From a virus: 64,000 nt of DNA. The stretch lies in the IMG/VR virus record IMGVR_UViG_3300028584_001238. The stretch is one strand, 5' to 3'. The notes beneath the pieces were generated by a model that had not been told where the DNA came from, searched no databases, and saw nothing but the letters and a program-made list of their open reading frames with translations. Made by a program: the position numbers and the translations under genes. Of this stretch, positions 30,055-39,752 are shown one piece after another (position 1 is the stretch's first letter; each line of letters begins with the position of its first letter).

Positions 30055-30849
30055 ATGACAATTAATGAAAGTGTTACATTTGATTATTTAAAACCAGACT
30101 TTTCTATTTTAAAAGATAAACGTCGAACAGATGCAGATATGTTACCAGAGCATATCTTCTATTTTAAACATAGAATTATTCATTGGCTTAATGAAGTTAA
30201 TGAAAAAAATGATCCAACTATTAATTTTGAAAACATCAAAATCGATCAATATGTTATTGGAAAAAATAAACAAGTAAATGCAAAATATAAATTAAAAGAT
30301 ATTGATGGACATATAATGTTCTTATATGATTATGATGATAATAATAATTTTATTGAAGTTGATCTTGAATTAAAAATAAAATCGGGTGTTTTTGATCATC
30401 TAAAATTTCCAAATTCAAGTCATTTTTTTGATCTTCAATTTGTATTAGATGAGAAAAATGAAATTGATTGTTATTTTATAAATCGACGCATTGATGTTTA
30501 TAAAAATGATACATTAGGCTATCTAATTCGATATGTATTTTACAAGGATACTCAAAAGAAAGATCACTTAGCCTTATTCGACTGTGTAAATCAAGAATCA
30601 TTAATACTAGACATTGATAATGGCTTTGAACTTTCTGAATTTGATGATTTTTTCAATGTTCACATCAACGATATCCTAAAATCCCCAGAAGCATTCGTGA
30701 CGATATATCCCTATTTCAGTGTGAAACAAGTAAACAGTAACGAAACACTAGAGGTTTTTTACAAAGAGTTGAAAGAAGCCTATAACAAGGGCATATTTGA
30801 TAATGGATTATCTGAAAACCTTCATGTTGTAAAGATGGCAGGTATTTAG
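30055..30849 (+). CDS. hypothetical protein with C-terminal MxxI tag
   Basis: Tandem paralog; ends VVKMAGI. Confidence 0.85.
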   Translation: MTINESVTFDYLKPDFSILKDKRRTDADMLPEHIFYFKHRIIHWLNEVNEKNDPTINFENIKIDQYVIGKNKQVNAKYKLKDIDGHIMFLYDYDDNNNFIEVDLELKIKSGVFDHLKFPNSSHFFDLQFVLDEKNEIDCYFINRRIDVYKNDTLGYLIRYVFYKDTQKKDHLALFDCVNQESLILDIDNGFELSEFDDFFNVHINDILKSPEAFVTIYPYFSVKQVNSNETLEVFYKELKEAYNKGIFDNGLSENLHVVKMAGI

Positions 30850-30892
30850 AAAGAATAAAAGCACCTGATGGTGCTTTATTTTTAATTGACAG

Positions 30893-31237
30893 TTAAGCCA
30901 TCTGATATAGACCATCTGATAACTCATGAATGTTCTTTGCAAAATCATTATTAATCGTAAAACCATTTGATTCAAGGTCATTCACAAGAGTGTGAGCATC
31001 TTTAGCGGTTAACGGCATTCCATTTTTTTCAATAATATCAAGCAGTGAGTAATCCATTCCACTGGACTCCATAAAATAGCCATTTACACTAATACGAGAA
31101 ACAATATCTTCAATATCATTAGGATCATCATACATTTTATGAGTGTCCCAAGTATCTTTTGTGACGGCTGCAACACAAACAACGTCTTGTGATGTATCAA
31201 TAATAACTGCAAGGTATAGATATTTCTGAATACTCAT
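30893..31237 (-). CDS. hypothetical protein
   Basis: 114 aa directly downstream of the tRNA; AGGAG RBS. Confidence 0.7.
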   Translation of the reverse strand: MSIQKYLYLAVIIDTSQDVVCVAAVTKDTWDTHKMYDDPNDIEDIVSRISVNGYFMESSGMDYSLLDIIEKNGMPLTAKDAHTLVNDLESNGFTINNDFAKNIHELSDGLYQMA

Positions 31238-31258
31238 AAATAGTCTCCTATATTTAGA

Positions 31259-31335
31259 TGGCCTCTACGGTTGGATTCGAACCAACGACCGTTCGCTTCG
31301 GAAGCGAGCACTCTATCCAACTGAGCTACGCAGAG
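31259..31335 (-). tRNA. tRNA-Arg(CCG)
   Basis: Cloverleaf: acceptor CTCTGCG/CGTAGAG, D arm GCTC-AGTTGGATA-GAGT, loop TT-CCG-AA, T arm GTTGG-TTCGAAT-CCAAC, G-CCA end. Confidence 0.93.
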
Positions 31336-31429
31336 ATATTTGAAAAAGTATCTGACAATATAACCAATTAACAAGCTGTCGTCAATATTGAATTAGTATT
31401 ATACAGTTATCAAATCCGTCAATAACCAC

Positions 31430-31951
31430 TTATCGCATGTAGGTTGTGCTATGAATTATTTTATCAGTATCTAATAAGTCAGTGCAAGCTGTAATAAAGA
31501 TGTAATTTTTCAGTACACCATCGAAGTGATATCCTTTATCATTGACATCAGGGCGTTTTTCAAGTGGGAAAAATTCTTTAGTTTCATTGTAGATTTGTTC
31601 TGCTGCAGCATTACAGCTTCTGAAATGGGGGTATTGGTATCGGCTTTCTACTGAATAGATTTTATCATTGCGGACACTGACAACAATTGAGATCTGTCTT
31701 GGGTCATTATTTTTGTTTTTAACGGTGTAATAAGTCACATCGTCTTCTTTTTTCAAGAATGTATAATTAGGATCTTTTGAAATGTTTTCCATCTTGTCAT
31801 ATAACTTATAACCCAACATCGTCCTATTTTCTGGATCAAACATTGCTTTACCTTGTGGCTCAAGGTTTTCAGTTAAATGACCATTAGGGCTACATCCAGA
31901 AATAATGGCATAAAAGCTGACTAATATAAGTTTAATAAATAATGATAACAT
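31430..31951 (-). CDS. putative lipoprotein
   Basis: Hydrophobic N-terminus with lipobox-like ISGC. Confidence 0.65.
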   Translation of the reverse strand: MLSLFIKLILVSFYAIISGCSPNGHLTENLEPQGKAMFDPENRTMLGYKLYDKMENISKDPNYTFLKKEDDVTYYTVKNKNNDPRQISIVVSVRNDKIYSVESRYQYPHFRSCNAAAEQIYNETKEFFPLEKRPDVNDKGYHFDGVLKNYIFITACTDLLDTDKIIHSTTYMR

Positions 31952-32043
31952 TAAATAAAAGTCTCTTGTTAATACCTAAATTTTAAGCCAATAAAGCTTT
32001 AAGTCAATAAGTTTTTAACAAAAGACTACTCTATGTCATGGAA

Positions 32044-32598
32044 TTAATGTTGGAGTTGCACACAATCTCGTTGATAGAGGTATTTGTATTGCATATGTGT
32101 CATACCTAAAGCATCATAAATATTATCGGTGGAACTCATAATGTCTTCTGTTTGAAGAAGTTTCTGAGCAGCAACTTCATCCAATGAATCAAAATCAATA
32201 TCACGTTTATCTTTGAAGAAGGTAACAATACGTTCACGGTAATCAGCAAACGTCACACTTCTGATATTGTGTTCGTTATTCAGTGCTTTTTGGCGTTCTT
32301 TGATTAGTTCAAGTGTTTCTTCAGTATTAACATCAATAGTTGGGAGCTTGTCAAAATCTTTCAATTCACCATTAGAAATGGCATCAGACATCAACTTAAA
32401 ATTAAAATCTTGAAGTTTAGTTACGATGCCAGATTGCCAAAAAAGCTCCCATGCAAATCCTGACCGTTGGTCTTTAAGGGAAGCTTCAAAAGCAGCATCA
32501 ATCACTTGTATGGTCTGTTCTTTTTTACTCAAAGTCATTTGAAATCTCCAAGGTAATGATATCCAGCATTTGCATGGATTAGATGCTTTATTATACAT
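32044..32598 (-). CDS. hypothetical protein
   Basis: Likely start at MTLSKK after GGAGA. Confidence 0.75.
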   Translation of the reverse strand: MYNKASNPCKCWISLPWRFQMTLSKKEQTIQVIDAAFEASLKDQRSGFAWELFWQSGIVTKLQDFNFKLMSDAISNGELKDFDKLPTIDVNTEETLELIKERQKALNNEHNIRSVTFADYRERIVTFFKDKRDIDFDSLDEVAAQKLLQTEDIMSSTDNIYDALGMTHMQYKYLYQRDCVQLQH

Positions 32599-32670
32599 TA
32601 TTTCTCAAAAAATATCAATTTATTTAGAAAATATACGGGTTTACAATGGTTTAAAAAATGATAAGGTTAT

Positions 32671-33135
32671 ATGAAAAACAACGGAGTCATTATGAAAGTT
32701 AAGCCTATGCTTTCTAAATATACAAACATGCAAGATACAGAAGATGACCAGATGATTAATGATCTCTATATTCAACTTAAATTAAACTATTATGAAAAAA
32801 TTCTAGATCTATCAAGAGTTGAAATGCATGAAGACTTAGAATTATTTCATTATTTTGGAATACATATATTTAAAGAAAATGATGGTTATCGTGTTATCAC
32901 TGGACGTGGACATCTTCACGAAATATATAAGGGAACTGTTCATTATGGAGATGCTTTCATTATCGACCAAAATAAAGAACAGATAAACCCTAGAATGAAC
33001 CTATCTTGTTATGAAAAAATGGGAATGGACAAAATATATAAAACTATCGACATACCTAAAATAGTATTTGATTTCAATCAACTATTCAAAGATGTTGAGA
33101 ATGAAAAACTGTCACTTGAAATCATTCTAACTTGA
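32671..33135 (+). CDS. hypothetical protein
   Basis: 154 aa; C-terminus LSLEIILT loosely resembles the MxxI tag. Confidence 0.7.
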   Translation: MKNNGVIMKVKPMLSKYTNMQDTEDDQMINDLYIQLKLNYYEKILDLSRVEMHEDLELFHYFGIHIFKENDGYRVITGRGHLHEIYKGTVHYGDAFIIDQNKEQINPRMNLSCYEKMGMDKIYKTIDIPKIVFDFNQLFKDVENEKLSLEIILT

Positions 33136-33526
33136 GGATCTTATTCAATATTTTATCAGCCAGTTGAATAGTGTTTTGTTGGCTTTCAACATAAGCATCA
33201 ATCACTGGTTGCGTAACCATGCGAGCGGCTAAATCTAATTTTGACTCTTCAATGCTTTTTTTGTAAAATTTGATAGCTCCATCAAAAATAGAATACTCTA
33301 GACTGGTTAATGGTTCATATTCTGTTTTGAAGATAAATCCTTTAATTTTACTAAACAATCCATCAAAAGCTCGATCTTCAACTAGCAAAGCTTCATAAGC
33401 CATCTGCTGGGCTACTTTTGGGGCAAAATCATGAGCTTCACGAAGGTTGTTGAACAATCTTTCATTATGGTTATGATAAGGCCGTAAAACCTTCAAATTA
33501 ATACGTTCCGCATGTGAGTTATTCAA
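33122..33526 (-). CDS. hypothetical protein
   Basis: 134 aa in an operon. Confidence 0.7.
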   Translation of the reverse strand: MNNSHAERINLKVLRPYHNHNERLFNNLREAHDFAPKVAQQMAYEALLVEDRAFDGLFSKIKGFIFKTEYEPLTSLEYSIFDGAIKFYKKSIEESKLDLAARMVTQPVIDAYVESQQNTIQLADKILNKILKLE

Positions 33527-33873
33527 TACAAAGACTCCTGTATTTTAGTTTTGTATGTAGCTTTGAAATGATGAAACGCAACCAACCACAACTTAATGAG
33601 TTTATACGGTGATCGTGATGTATAGACATCATTTTTAATAATCGGATTGTGTTGATGTATCTGGGTCGAATAAAGACCAGTAGGGTCAATAGAAATACTC
33701 AGAAAAGGATAGTTGTCATACGAACCTGATTTCTGGTTGTAGTCATTGTTCAAAGTATAACTCAACACCTTATTATCGGAATCCACCACCCGAACTTCAA
33801 CGACTTTAAACCCCATGAATTTGAGCATAAATTTTAACCAAAGAAACTTTAATCTCATGTCGTCACCTATCAA
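33523..33873 (-). CDS. hypothetical protein
   Basis: 116 aa in an operon. Confidence 0.65.
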   Translation of the reverse strand: MIGDDMRLKFLWLKFMLKFMGFKVVEVRVVDSDNKVLSYTLNNDYNQKSGSYDNYPFLSISIDPTGLYSTQIHQHNPIIKNDVYTSRSPYKLIKLWLVAFHHFKATYKTKIQESLY

Positions 33874-33878
33874 TAATA

Positions 33879-34136
33879 TTAACTAATGTGGTAGATCTTG
33901 GGAACCATGTCTTTTGCTTGATCCCAGAAACTAACAAGGCAAGCAAGATTCAAGGTAACAATTGTAAAACCAACAAACTTCCAGAAAGGAGCTTTTCCCT
34001 GTTTAAGTTTATGCTTACCATTGTAGTATATGTGGTAAAAGAAATTTTGAACAAACAAGAAAACCATAGCACAAAATCCCCAAAATATAAATCGAACTAA
34101 ATTTTTAGGTTTGTGAGTGGTTGTGTTAATTGACAT
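33879..34136 (-). CDS. small membrane protein
   Basis: Two hydrophobic segments; GGAGA RBS. Confidence 0.65.
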   Translation of the reverse strand: MSINTTTHKPKNLVRFIFWGFCAMVFLFVQNFFYHIYYNGKHKLKQGKAPFWKFVGFTIVTLNLACLVSFWDQAKDMVPKIYHIS

Positions 34137-34277
34137 AAGTTATCTCCATTTTGTGAATTTTAGACTTTTGATTATATATCATTTTCATTATAAATTCAAC
34201 AAAAATATAAGACTATTGGTTGTTTTTTGTACATATTGATGTATAATAATATTACAAAAACAACAATTAAATAAGAT

Positions 34278-36644
34278 ATGAACAAAAAGATAATATTACT
34301 GTCCGCATTGGCAGTATCAATCACATCAGCTAGCTACATGGTACAGTTCAGATTAGACCAAAAATATATCAATATAGATACACCTGATGAAATTACAGGC
34401 GTTATTGAATTAGCACCTGCAACCATCAATCGTGGTGAATCAACAGCTTTGAACTGGAATTATAATTATATAAAGAGTTTAAAAGTTGTATCATCCGATC
34501 AAAACTTTAATGAAACCGCTTCTTTTGGTTCGTATCCTTTATCGCCATTGAAGACGACTAATTACGATATCACATTAGACAATAATAAAAAAATTGAAGA
34601 AAAAACTCTAAAACTTACAGTGATACAACCTAATCCAGTGGTGAACTTTACAGCGGATAAAACAAAAATTGGTGAAGGTCAGTCTTCTAAGCTTACGTGG
34701 AATGTCTCAGATGCTGAATCAGCCTTACTTGAAAATACAAGCATCAGTGGGTTAAATAGTTCATATACCGTCTCGCCGGTTAATGATACAACCTATACTC
34801 TTAATGTAACAGGTTACAACAATGAGAATAATACCAGCAAATCTATTGCAATTGATGTGGTGAAGGATTCTGCAATAGGCAGTTTTCAATCTGACAAGAC
34901 GAAAGTAAGTATTGGTGACGATATCACCTTTAACTGGACAACTAATGACAGTGAAGGATTAGAGTTGATCCCATTCGGCACCGTCGATAAAACATCAACC
35001 AGTAAAGCAGTCACAATGGGGACAGTAGGTGACTTTACCTATTCATTGAAAACAACAAGTTTTAGTGGAATGACAAAAACATCAAACCCTATTGCTGTGA
35101 GTGTTTATGGTCTTCCAACTATCACTTCATATAAAGTTAACAACAGTGACACATCAGTAACAGTTGAAGCCAATGATCCATTAGCTTTCACATGGGCAGG
35201 TGCAAACAATGTTAGTTATGACATCAATGGAGTAACTGTTTCAAATGGAACTTACAATGTGAATGCAGACGCATCAACAGGGACTAAGAGCTATGTCTTA
35301 ACAGGTGTGAATGGAGCCGGGAAAACAATAAATAAATCAGTCAGTGTCAATGTCGTTGGTGCAGGTAACATTCCATCGTTCTCAACAGTGCCAACAACAT
35401 TTGCCAATGCACCTATTGTTTTAAACTGGACAGGCACTAATATTAACAACTATAAATTATCAGGTGTTGCAGGGTCAGGAGTAACAGGTTTACAAGATTT
35501 AGGAACTGCTTTAACCTATACAGCCACACCAACATCAGTAGGTAGTTTAGAATACACATTAACAGGAACAAACGCTGCAAGCAAAACAACAGTGAAGAAA
35601 ACCAGTGTTGTAGTCGAAGCTGATCCAACAATGTCCGGTATGACTGTGAATGGTCAATCATCTATAACTGTATCTCCAAATCAAGCATTATCATTTACAG
35701 GAACAGGTTTAAGCAGTGGAGCTACAATGGTGGGCAAAACTTCTGGTGGTGCAACAACTTCATTGCCATCAACTGCGTCTAGTTCAGCAGGCGTTTCAAC
35801 TTATTACGGTGCTGGAACTAAAACTATCAATGGTGTAACTAGAAACAGTGCGTTAAAATCAGTAACAGTTTCAGTTATCAATGCACCAACGATTGGAGCC
35901 ATATCAACGCCAACCGTCATCAACTATGGTTCAGGTTTTACATTATCATGGAGTGGGACTGATGTTGCAAGTTATACAGTTAAAGGAAACGTAGCAGCTT
36001 CTGGTGTAGCAGTAGGTGGAGTTTCAACTGGAGCCGGGGCAGCATTGGGTGTGACACCACAAGCAGCAGGAACCTATAATTACACAGTAACCGCAACAAA
36101 TGCCGCTGGTATATCAACGGCAAGAACATCTGGAAATGTTAAGGTTGAGCAGTGGGTAGCAATTGCACCTACTTACACTGGTTGGGTAAATAGTAGTGGG
36201 TTTTACAGTTGTAGTGCATTCTCACCAGATGCCAGCACTGTTGATGCGGGGACTGGTTTCTATCAAACTCAATACTGTTACTTGAATCAAACAAGAACAC
36301 GTCAAGATCGTATACAAGAAGTGGCTACTGGTGAAGTAAGAAACACTACGTCAGCGACTGAATCACAAACGTTAACTAACCAGCCAAATACACAGTATGC
36401 TATTGGCACAAAACCAACAATAGTATGTAGATACGATTCAGGTAACCAATGGCAAATAGTTGTTGTAGGTGGTGCTCAATCTTTAGTAAACGTAGTCTGG
36501 AATGGCGGAACAAAGGCAACTTCACCACAATACGCGGGTTCAGGTGCAATAAACATAACCCAAATTACTGGTTGGGATGGTAAGTCATACACAAGAGGTC
36601 CAAAAGTTACGGGACAATTCTACCAAGCATGTAGTACACCTTGA
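34278..36644 (+). CDS. secreted Ig-like (PKD-type) repeat protein, putative adhesin or surface protein
   Basis: Signal peptide; Thr/Ser/Gly-rich; about seven ~85-90 aa repeats (I..G....L.W...Y.LT..N); Trp/Cys-rich C-terminal module. Confidence 0.8.
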   Translation: MNKKIILLSALAVSITSASYMVQFRLDQKYINIDTPDEITGVIELAPATINRGESTALNWNYNYIKSLKVVSSDQNFNETASFGSYPLSPLKTTNYDITLDNNKKIEEKTLKLTVIQPNPVVNFTADKTKIGEGQSSKLTWNVSDAESALLENTSISGLNSSYTVSPVNDTTYTLNVTGYNNENNTSKSIAIDVVKDSAIGSFQSDKTKVSIGDDITFNWTTNDSEGLELIPFGTVDKTSTSKAVTMGTVGDFTYSLKTTSFSGMTKTSNPIAVSVYGLPTITSYKVNNSDTSVTVEANDPLAFTWAGANNVSYDINGVTVSNGTYNVNADASTGTKSYVLTGVNGAGKTINKSVSVNVVGAGNIPSFSTVPTTFANAPIVLNWTGTNINNYKLSGVAGSGVTGLQDLGTALTYTATPTSVGSLEYTLTGTNAASKTTVKKTSVVVEADPTMSGMTVNGQSSITVSPNQALSFTGTGLSSGATMVGKTSGGATTSLPSTASSSAGVSTYYGAGTKTINGVTRNSALKSVTVSVINAPTIGAISTPTVINYGSGFTLSWSGTDVASYTVKGNVAASGVAVGGVSTGAGAALGVTPQAAGTYNYTVTATNAAGISTARTSGNVKVEQWVAIAPTYTGWVNSSGFYSCSAFSPDASTVDAGTGFYQTQYCYLNQTRTRQDRIQEVATGEVRNTTSATESQTLTNQPNTQYAIGTKPTIVCRYDSGNQWQIVVVGGAQSLVNVVWNGGTKATSPQYAGSGAINITQITGWDGKSYTRGPKVTGQFYQACSTP

Positions 36645-36726
36645 TTTAAAAAGATAAAAAAAGAGACTTGGCAAAGTCTCTTTTTTATACATAATGATCA
36701 GTGTAGATGACAATATTATGGTGTTT

Positions 36727-36933
36727 TCAATTAGTTTTTTCAAAATCTTCTTTAACAAAAGCATGATGAACACGAAGTTCTCCAATGACGGCTTCGTTAC
36801 GATACACATCAAAGATAGTCTTTTCTTCAGTGACATCAGTAACAATAAGCGTATCTGTGGTGACAACAAATTCACCATTCGGAACCTTCCACCAATCATC
36901 ACCTAACACTTTGTAAGTTTCTTTAATTTTCAT
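36727..36933 (-). CDS. hypothetical protein
   Basis: 68 aa; AAGGA RBS and promoter. Confidence 0.65.
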   Translation of the reverse strand: MKIKETYKVLGDDWWKVPNGEFVVTTDTLIVTDVTEEKTIFDVYRNEAVIGELRVHHAFVKEDFEKTN

Positions 36934-37056
36934 GATGCGTCCTTATTGAGTGGTTGACTTATTAAGAGGCATTATAATATCATTTATTTGTTTACAAGTC
37001 AATAAAAAAGACCCTTCGAAAAAGGTCTTTTGGTATACAATAAAAGAACAACAATC

Positions 37057-37308
37057 TCAATAAAGAGAAGATTGAGCTGTCAATTTTTGAAGTTTTGAAT
37101 TCAATTTATCAAGCGTTCCAGTTTTGTAGATAGGTCTGAATACTTTGTATGGCCCACTGATAATGTTTTTGGAAACTGAATGAACATCTTGATAAACTTC
37201 CCAGAAACCAAGTTCATACTTCTTACGAAAATTCTTTTCGTTGTAGTTCATTTCAAGACGGCCAGTCTTCAAAAGTTGTTTAGTTATACTGATAGTATTT
37301 AAGAACAT
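37057..37308 (-). CDS. hypothetical protein
   Basis: 83 aa; AAGGTG RBS. Confidence 0.55.
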   Translation of the reverse strand: MFLNTISITKQLLKTGRLEMNYNEKNFRKKYELGFWEVYQDVHSVSKNIISGPYKVFRPIYKTGTLDKLNSKLQKLTAQSSLY

Positions 37309-37678
37309 TTTATATCACCTTTATTTTTTAGTTTAGTTAATCAAGCAGAACTATGGTTATACCAACAGCTCAATAAATTATATTAAATAGTTACATTTTT
37401 CGATAGAAATTAGAAATTTGCTAATTTGTAACCACATTATATCAAGTATTTCAGGGAAATCAACTACCAAAATGTGTCATATAGTTACACAATTCAGACA
37501 TGTAACACTATTTTAGTGCTTTTCATGGCAAAGTAACACATTGTCGAGAGTTTTACTCGTCGTAACTCAAAGTAACAGGATAATAAGATTAAAATATATT
37601 AAAATAAAATTTGTTAAAATGAAAAAACAAAAAAGACCTCACATGAAGTCTTTTTTTTGATTCAAAAATAATCGTTAA

Positions 37679-38182
37679 CTAGCGAGCAATGTCTTCTTCA
37701 ATGTAAATAAGTGCATGATTGCTCCAGAATTCAACACATCGTTCATACTCTTCATCTGTTCGAATGTTGGTGTCATCGGGTTCTCGTTCTGATTGTCCAC
37801 CCACATAAGCTGTCAATAAACGATAAATGTTATGCTTACATCGTTTAACAACAAAGGTCAACTCATTAGAAGGCGTAGGTGTTCTGTTTTTGACCATTCT
37901 AGACTTCCATTTACGGCCCTTCCTCTTTGCATACACAATTTCATCTTCTGGCGTTGTTTCCACACAAATAGTGGAGCCTATGATACGATCAAACGTAATC
38001 ACAGGTTTCTGAATGGTTTCTTTTGTCGGTGTAAACATAGATAAGGCTTCTTCAAGCAATGGATAAACATCCATATGAACCTGCATATGCTTGTTACTCA
38101 GAATAAGCACGTTATCATCACCAAAAAGTAAACGATTAAATTTAGGAGACTTACTTACACTGATGTTATCCATAATAGTCAT
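37679..38182 (-). CDS. phage-type hypothetical protein
   Basis: IG.T.CVET...DEIVYAKRKGR...LTAYVG...EP.D...FW..HAL pattern. Confidence 0.75.
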   Translation of the reverse strand: MTIMDNISVSKSPKFNRLLFGDDNVLILSNKHMQVHMDVYPLLEEALSMFTPTKETIQKPVITFDRIIGSTICVETTPEDEIVYAKRKGRKWKSRMVKNRTPTPSNELTFVVKRCKHNIYRLLTAYVGGQSEREPDDTNIRTDEEYERCVEFWSNHALIYIEEDIAR

Positions 38183-38184
38183 CC

Positions 38185-38679
38185 TTATTTAAGCGAAGCG
38201 GCAAAGATATTGACTGGAAGATCTGTAAAATACATCTCAGTAGTAATGGTAGACACACCCGCATAGCGTTTACCAACTGAACACTCAACATTCATTGTAA
38301 TTTTACCACCATCACTGTTGATGATACGGGATGTCTTACTAGGGTCATCACGCCCCGGCCCAGTAGGATTGTAATTCTGTTCCACTAAATAACGTTTGAA
38401 AATAGAATCGTTGATGCCTACAATCATTTTTTCACAATCCAAATCTGAACGATACTCAACGTTACTGACCATTCGTTTCATTTTTTCATGCTCAAAAGTA
38501 ACAGAAAGGTCATCTTTATGGCATTCTTCACCCATGCAAGAATAACCACGGGCGGTCAGAGCACTTTTTCCCATTGAAAAGTCAATCCCATTAAAGGATA
38601 CCTTGTTCATTGGAATGCTGGCTGCAGATACGATGGCAGAAAAAAGCATTGCAACAAAAATAAAGAGAGATTTAAACAT
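38185..38679 (-). CDS. predicted exported protein, paralog of 7708..8298
   Basis: Signal peptide; FNGIDFSMGKSALTARGYSCMGEEC. Confidence 0.75.
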   Translation of the reverse strand: MFKSLFIFVAMLFSAIVSAASIPMNKVSFNGIDFSMGKSALTARGYSCMGEECHKDDLSVTFEHEKMKRMVSNVEYRSDLDCEKMIVGINDSIFKRYLVEQNYNPTGPGRDDPSKTSRIINSDGGKITMNVECSVGKRYAGVSTITTEMYFTDLPVNIFAASLK

Positions 38680-38811
38680 ATGAACTCCGATGAGTGCTAT
38701 TTATGAAGATAAATTATAGCACAATACTGCTATACCATCAATCACTTTATCATTGACTTAAAAGAAAAAATTGATATGATAATTTGAAAAAATAAGCATA
38801 AAGAGGTCTAA

Positions 38812-39390
38812 ATGATGAAAATGAGTAAACTTATATTACTGAGTGCATTAGCAGTGCTGGTGTCAGCCTGTTCAACGCATAAGGATTCAAAAGATAATGA
38901 AAACAATGCTGAACCAGAGTATAAAATCTATTCATTGGAATCGGGATCAACCGCTATCGAAATACCTGAAAACAAGAAAACTATCAATGTCAGTTTAAAC
39001 ACAAAAATGTACAGTCCATCTATTAGCACAAGAGAGAGATCGATCACTGATGTTTATGAGCAGATCTGTCTTTCAAAGAAAAATAAAAATGACCAAGATA
39101 TCACTTTAATTGCGTGCTTTAACGAAAAAGGATTTCAACAAGAATCAATGAATACAGAAGAAAATATATTTACCAAAGAAGAAGTGTCAAAAGGTATTGA
39201 ACGAATTTCAATTCCACAAGGTTTAAAAATTGATACATTTTCTTTTGATTTAGACACTGACAAACAACCACAATATACAACTCGTAAAATGGAGTCCTAT
39301 GATCAGCCAGAAACATACACAGTTATTAGACTACTCGCAAACAAAAATGTATGGTCTGGAAAAAGGATGTTGTATATACAGGAAAATTAA
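38812..39390 (+). CDS. lipoprotein
   Basis: Lipobox LVSAC after a hydrophobic stretch; promoter TTGACT...TATGAT. Confidence 0.8.
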   Translation: MMKMSKLILLSALAVLVSACSTHKDSKDNENNAEPEYKIYSLESGSTAIEIPENKKTINVSLNTKMYSPSISTRERSITDVYEQICLSKKNKNDQDITLIACFNEKGFQQESMNTEENIFTKEEVSKGIERISIPQGLKIDTFSFDLDTDKQPQYTTRKMESYDQPETYTVIRLLANKNVWSGKRMLYIQEN

Positions 39391-39662
39391 TCAACAATAA
39401 GGCGAGATGTCTTATTAGTCCTAGCGTCAAGAACATTGCGAACAACAGCGAGGTTAGCAACAGGCACTGAACGAACACCAGACGCTGTTCGAACATCTGC
39501 AGTGTTACCAACGATTTTTGTAACAACGCCTTTGAAGTGTTTTGCAAAGTCTGAATGATGAGTGCGTTTAATCACACTTGCTTTCATAACAACTTCGTCT
39601 TTAACGTTAATTCTCATTTCGATAACTCCGTTCTGTTTAAGATGACTAATGATACCACACAT
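39387..39662 (-). CDS. small beta-rich (SH3/KOW-like) protein
   Basis: Likely start MRINVKD; FKGVVTKIVGNTADV pattern; fold is inferred. Confidence 0.6.
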   Translation of the reverse strand: MCGIISHLKQNGVIEMRINVKDEVVMKASVIKRTHHSDFAKHFKGVVTKIVGNTADVRTASGVRSVPVANLAVVRNVLDARTNKTSRLIVD

Positions 39663-39730
39663 AAGAATCTATCGCAATTTTTTACAGAAAAACATAACAA
39701 CAACCAGATGTTTTTGATGTATTAACAAAG

Positions 39731-39752
39731 AAGGCACCGAAGTGCCTTTTTT
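39731..39752. terminator. intrinsic terminator
   Basis: AAGGCACCGAAGTGCCTTTTTT. Confidence 0.75.
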
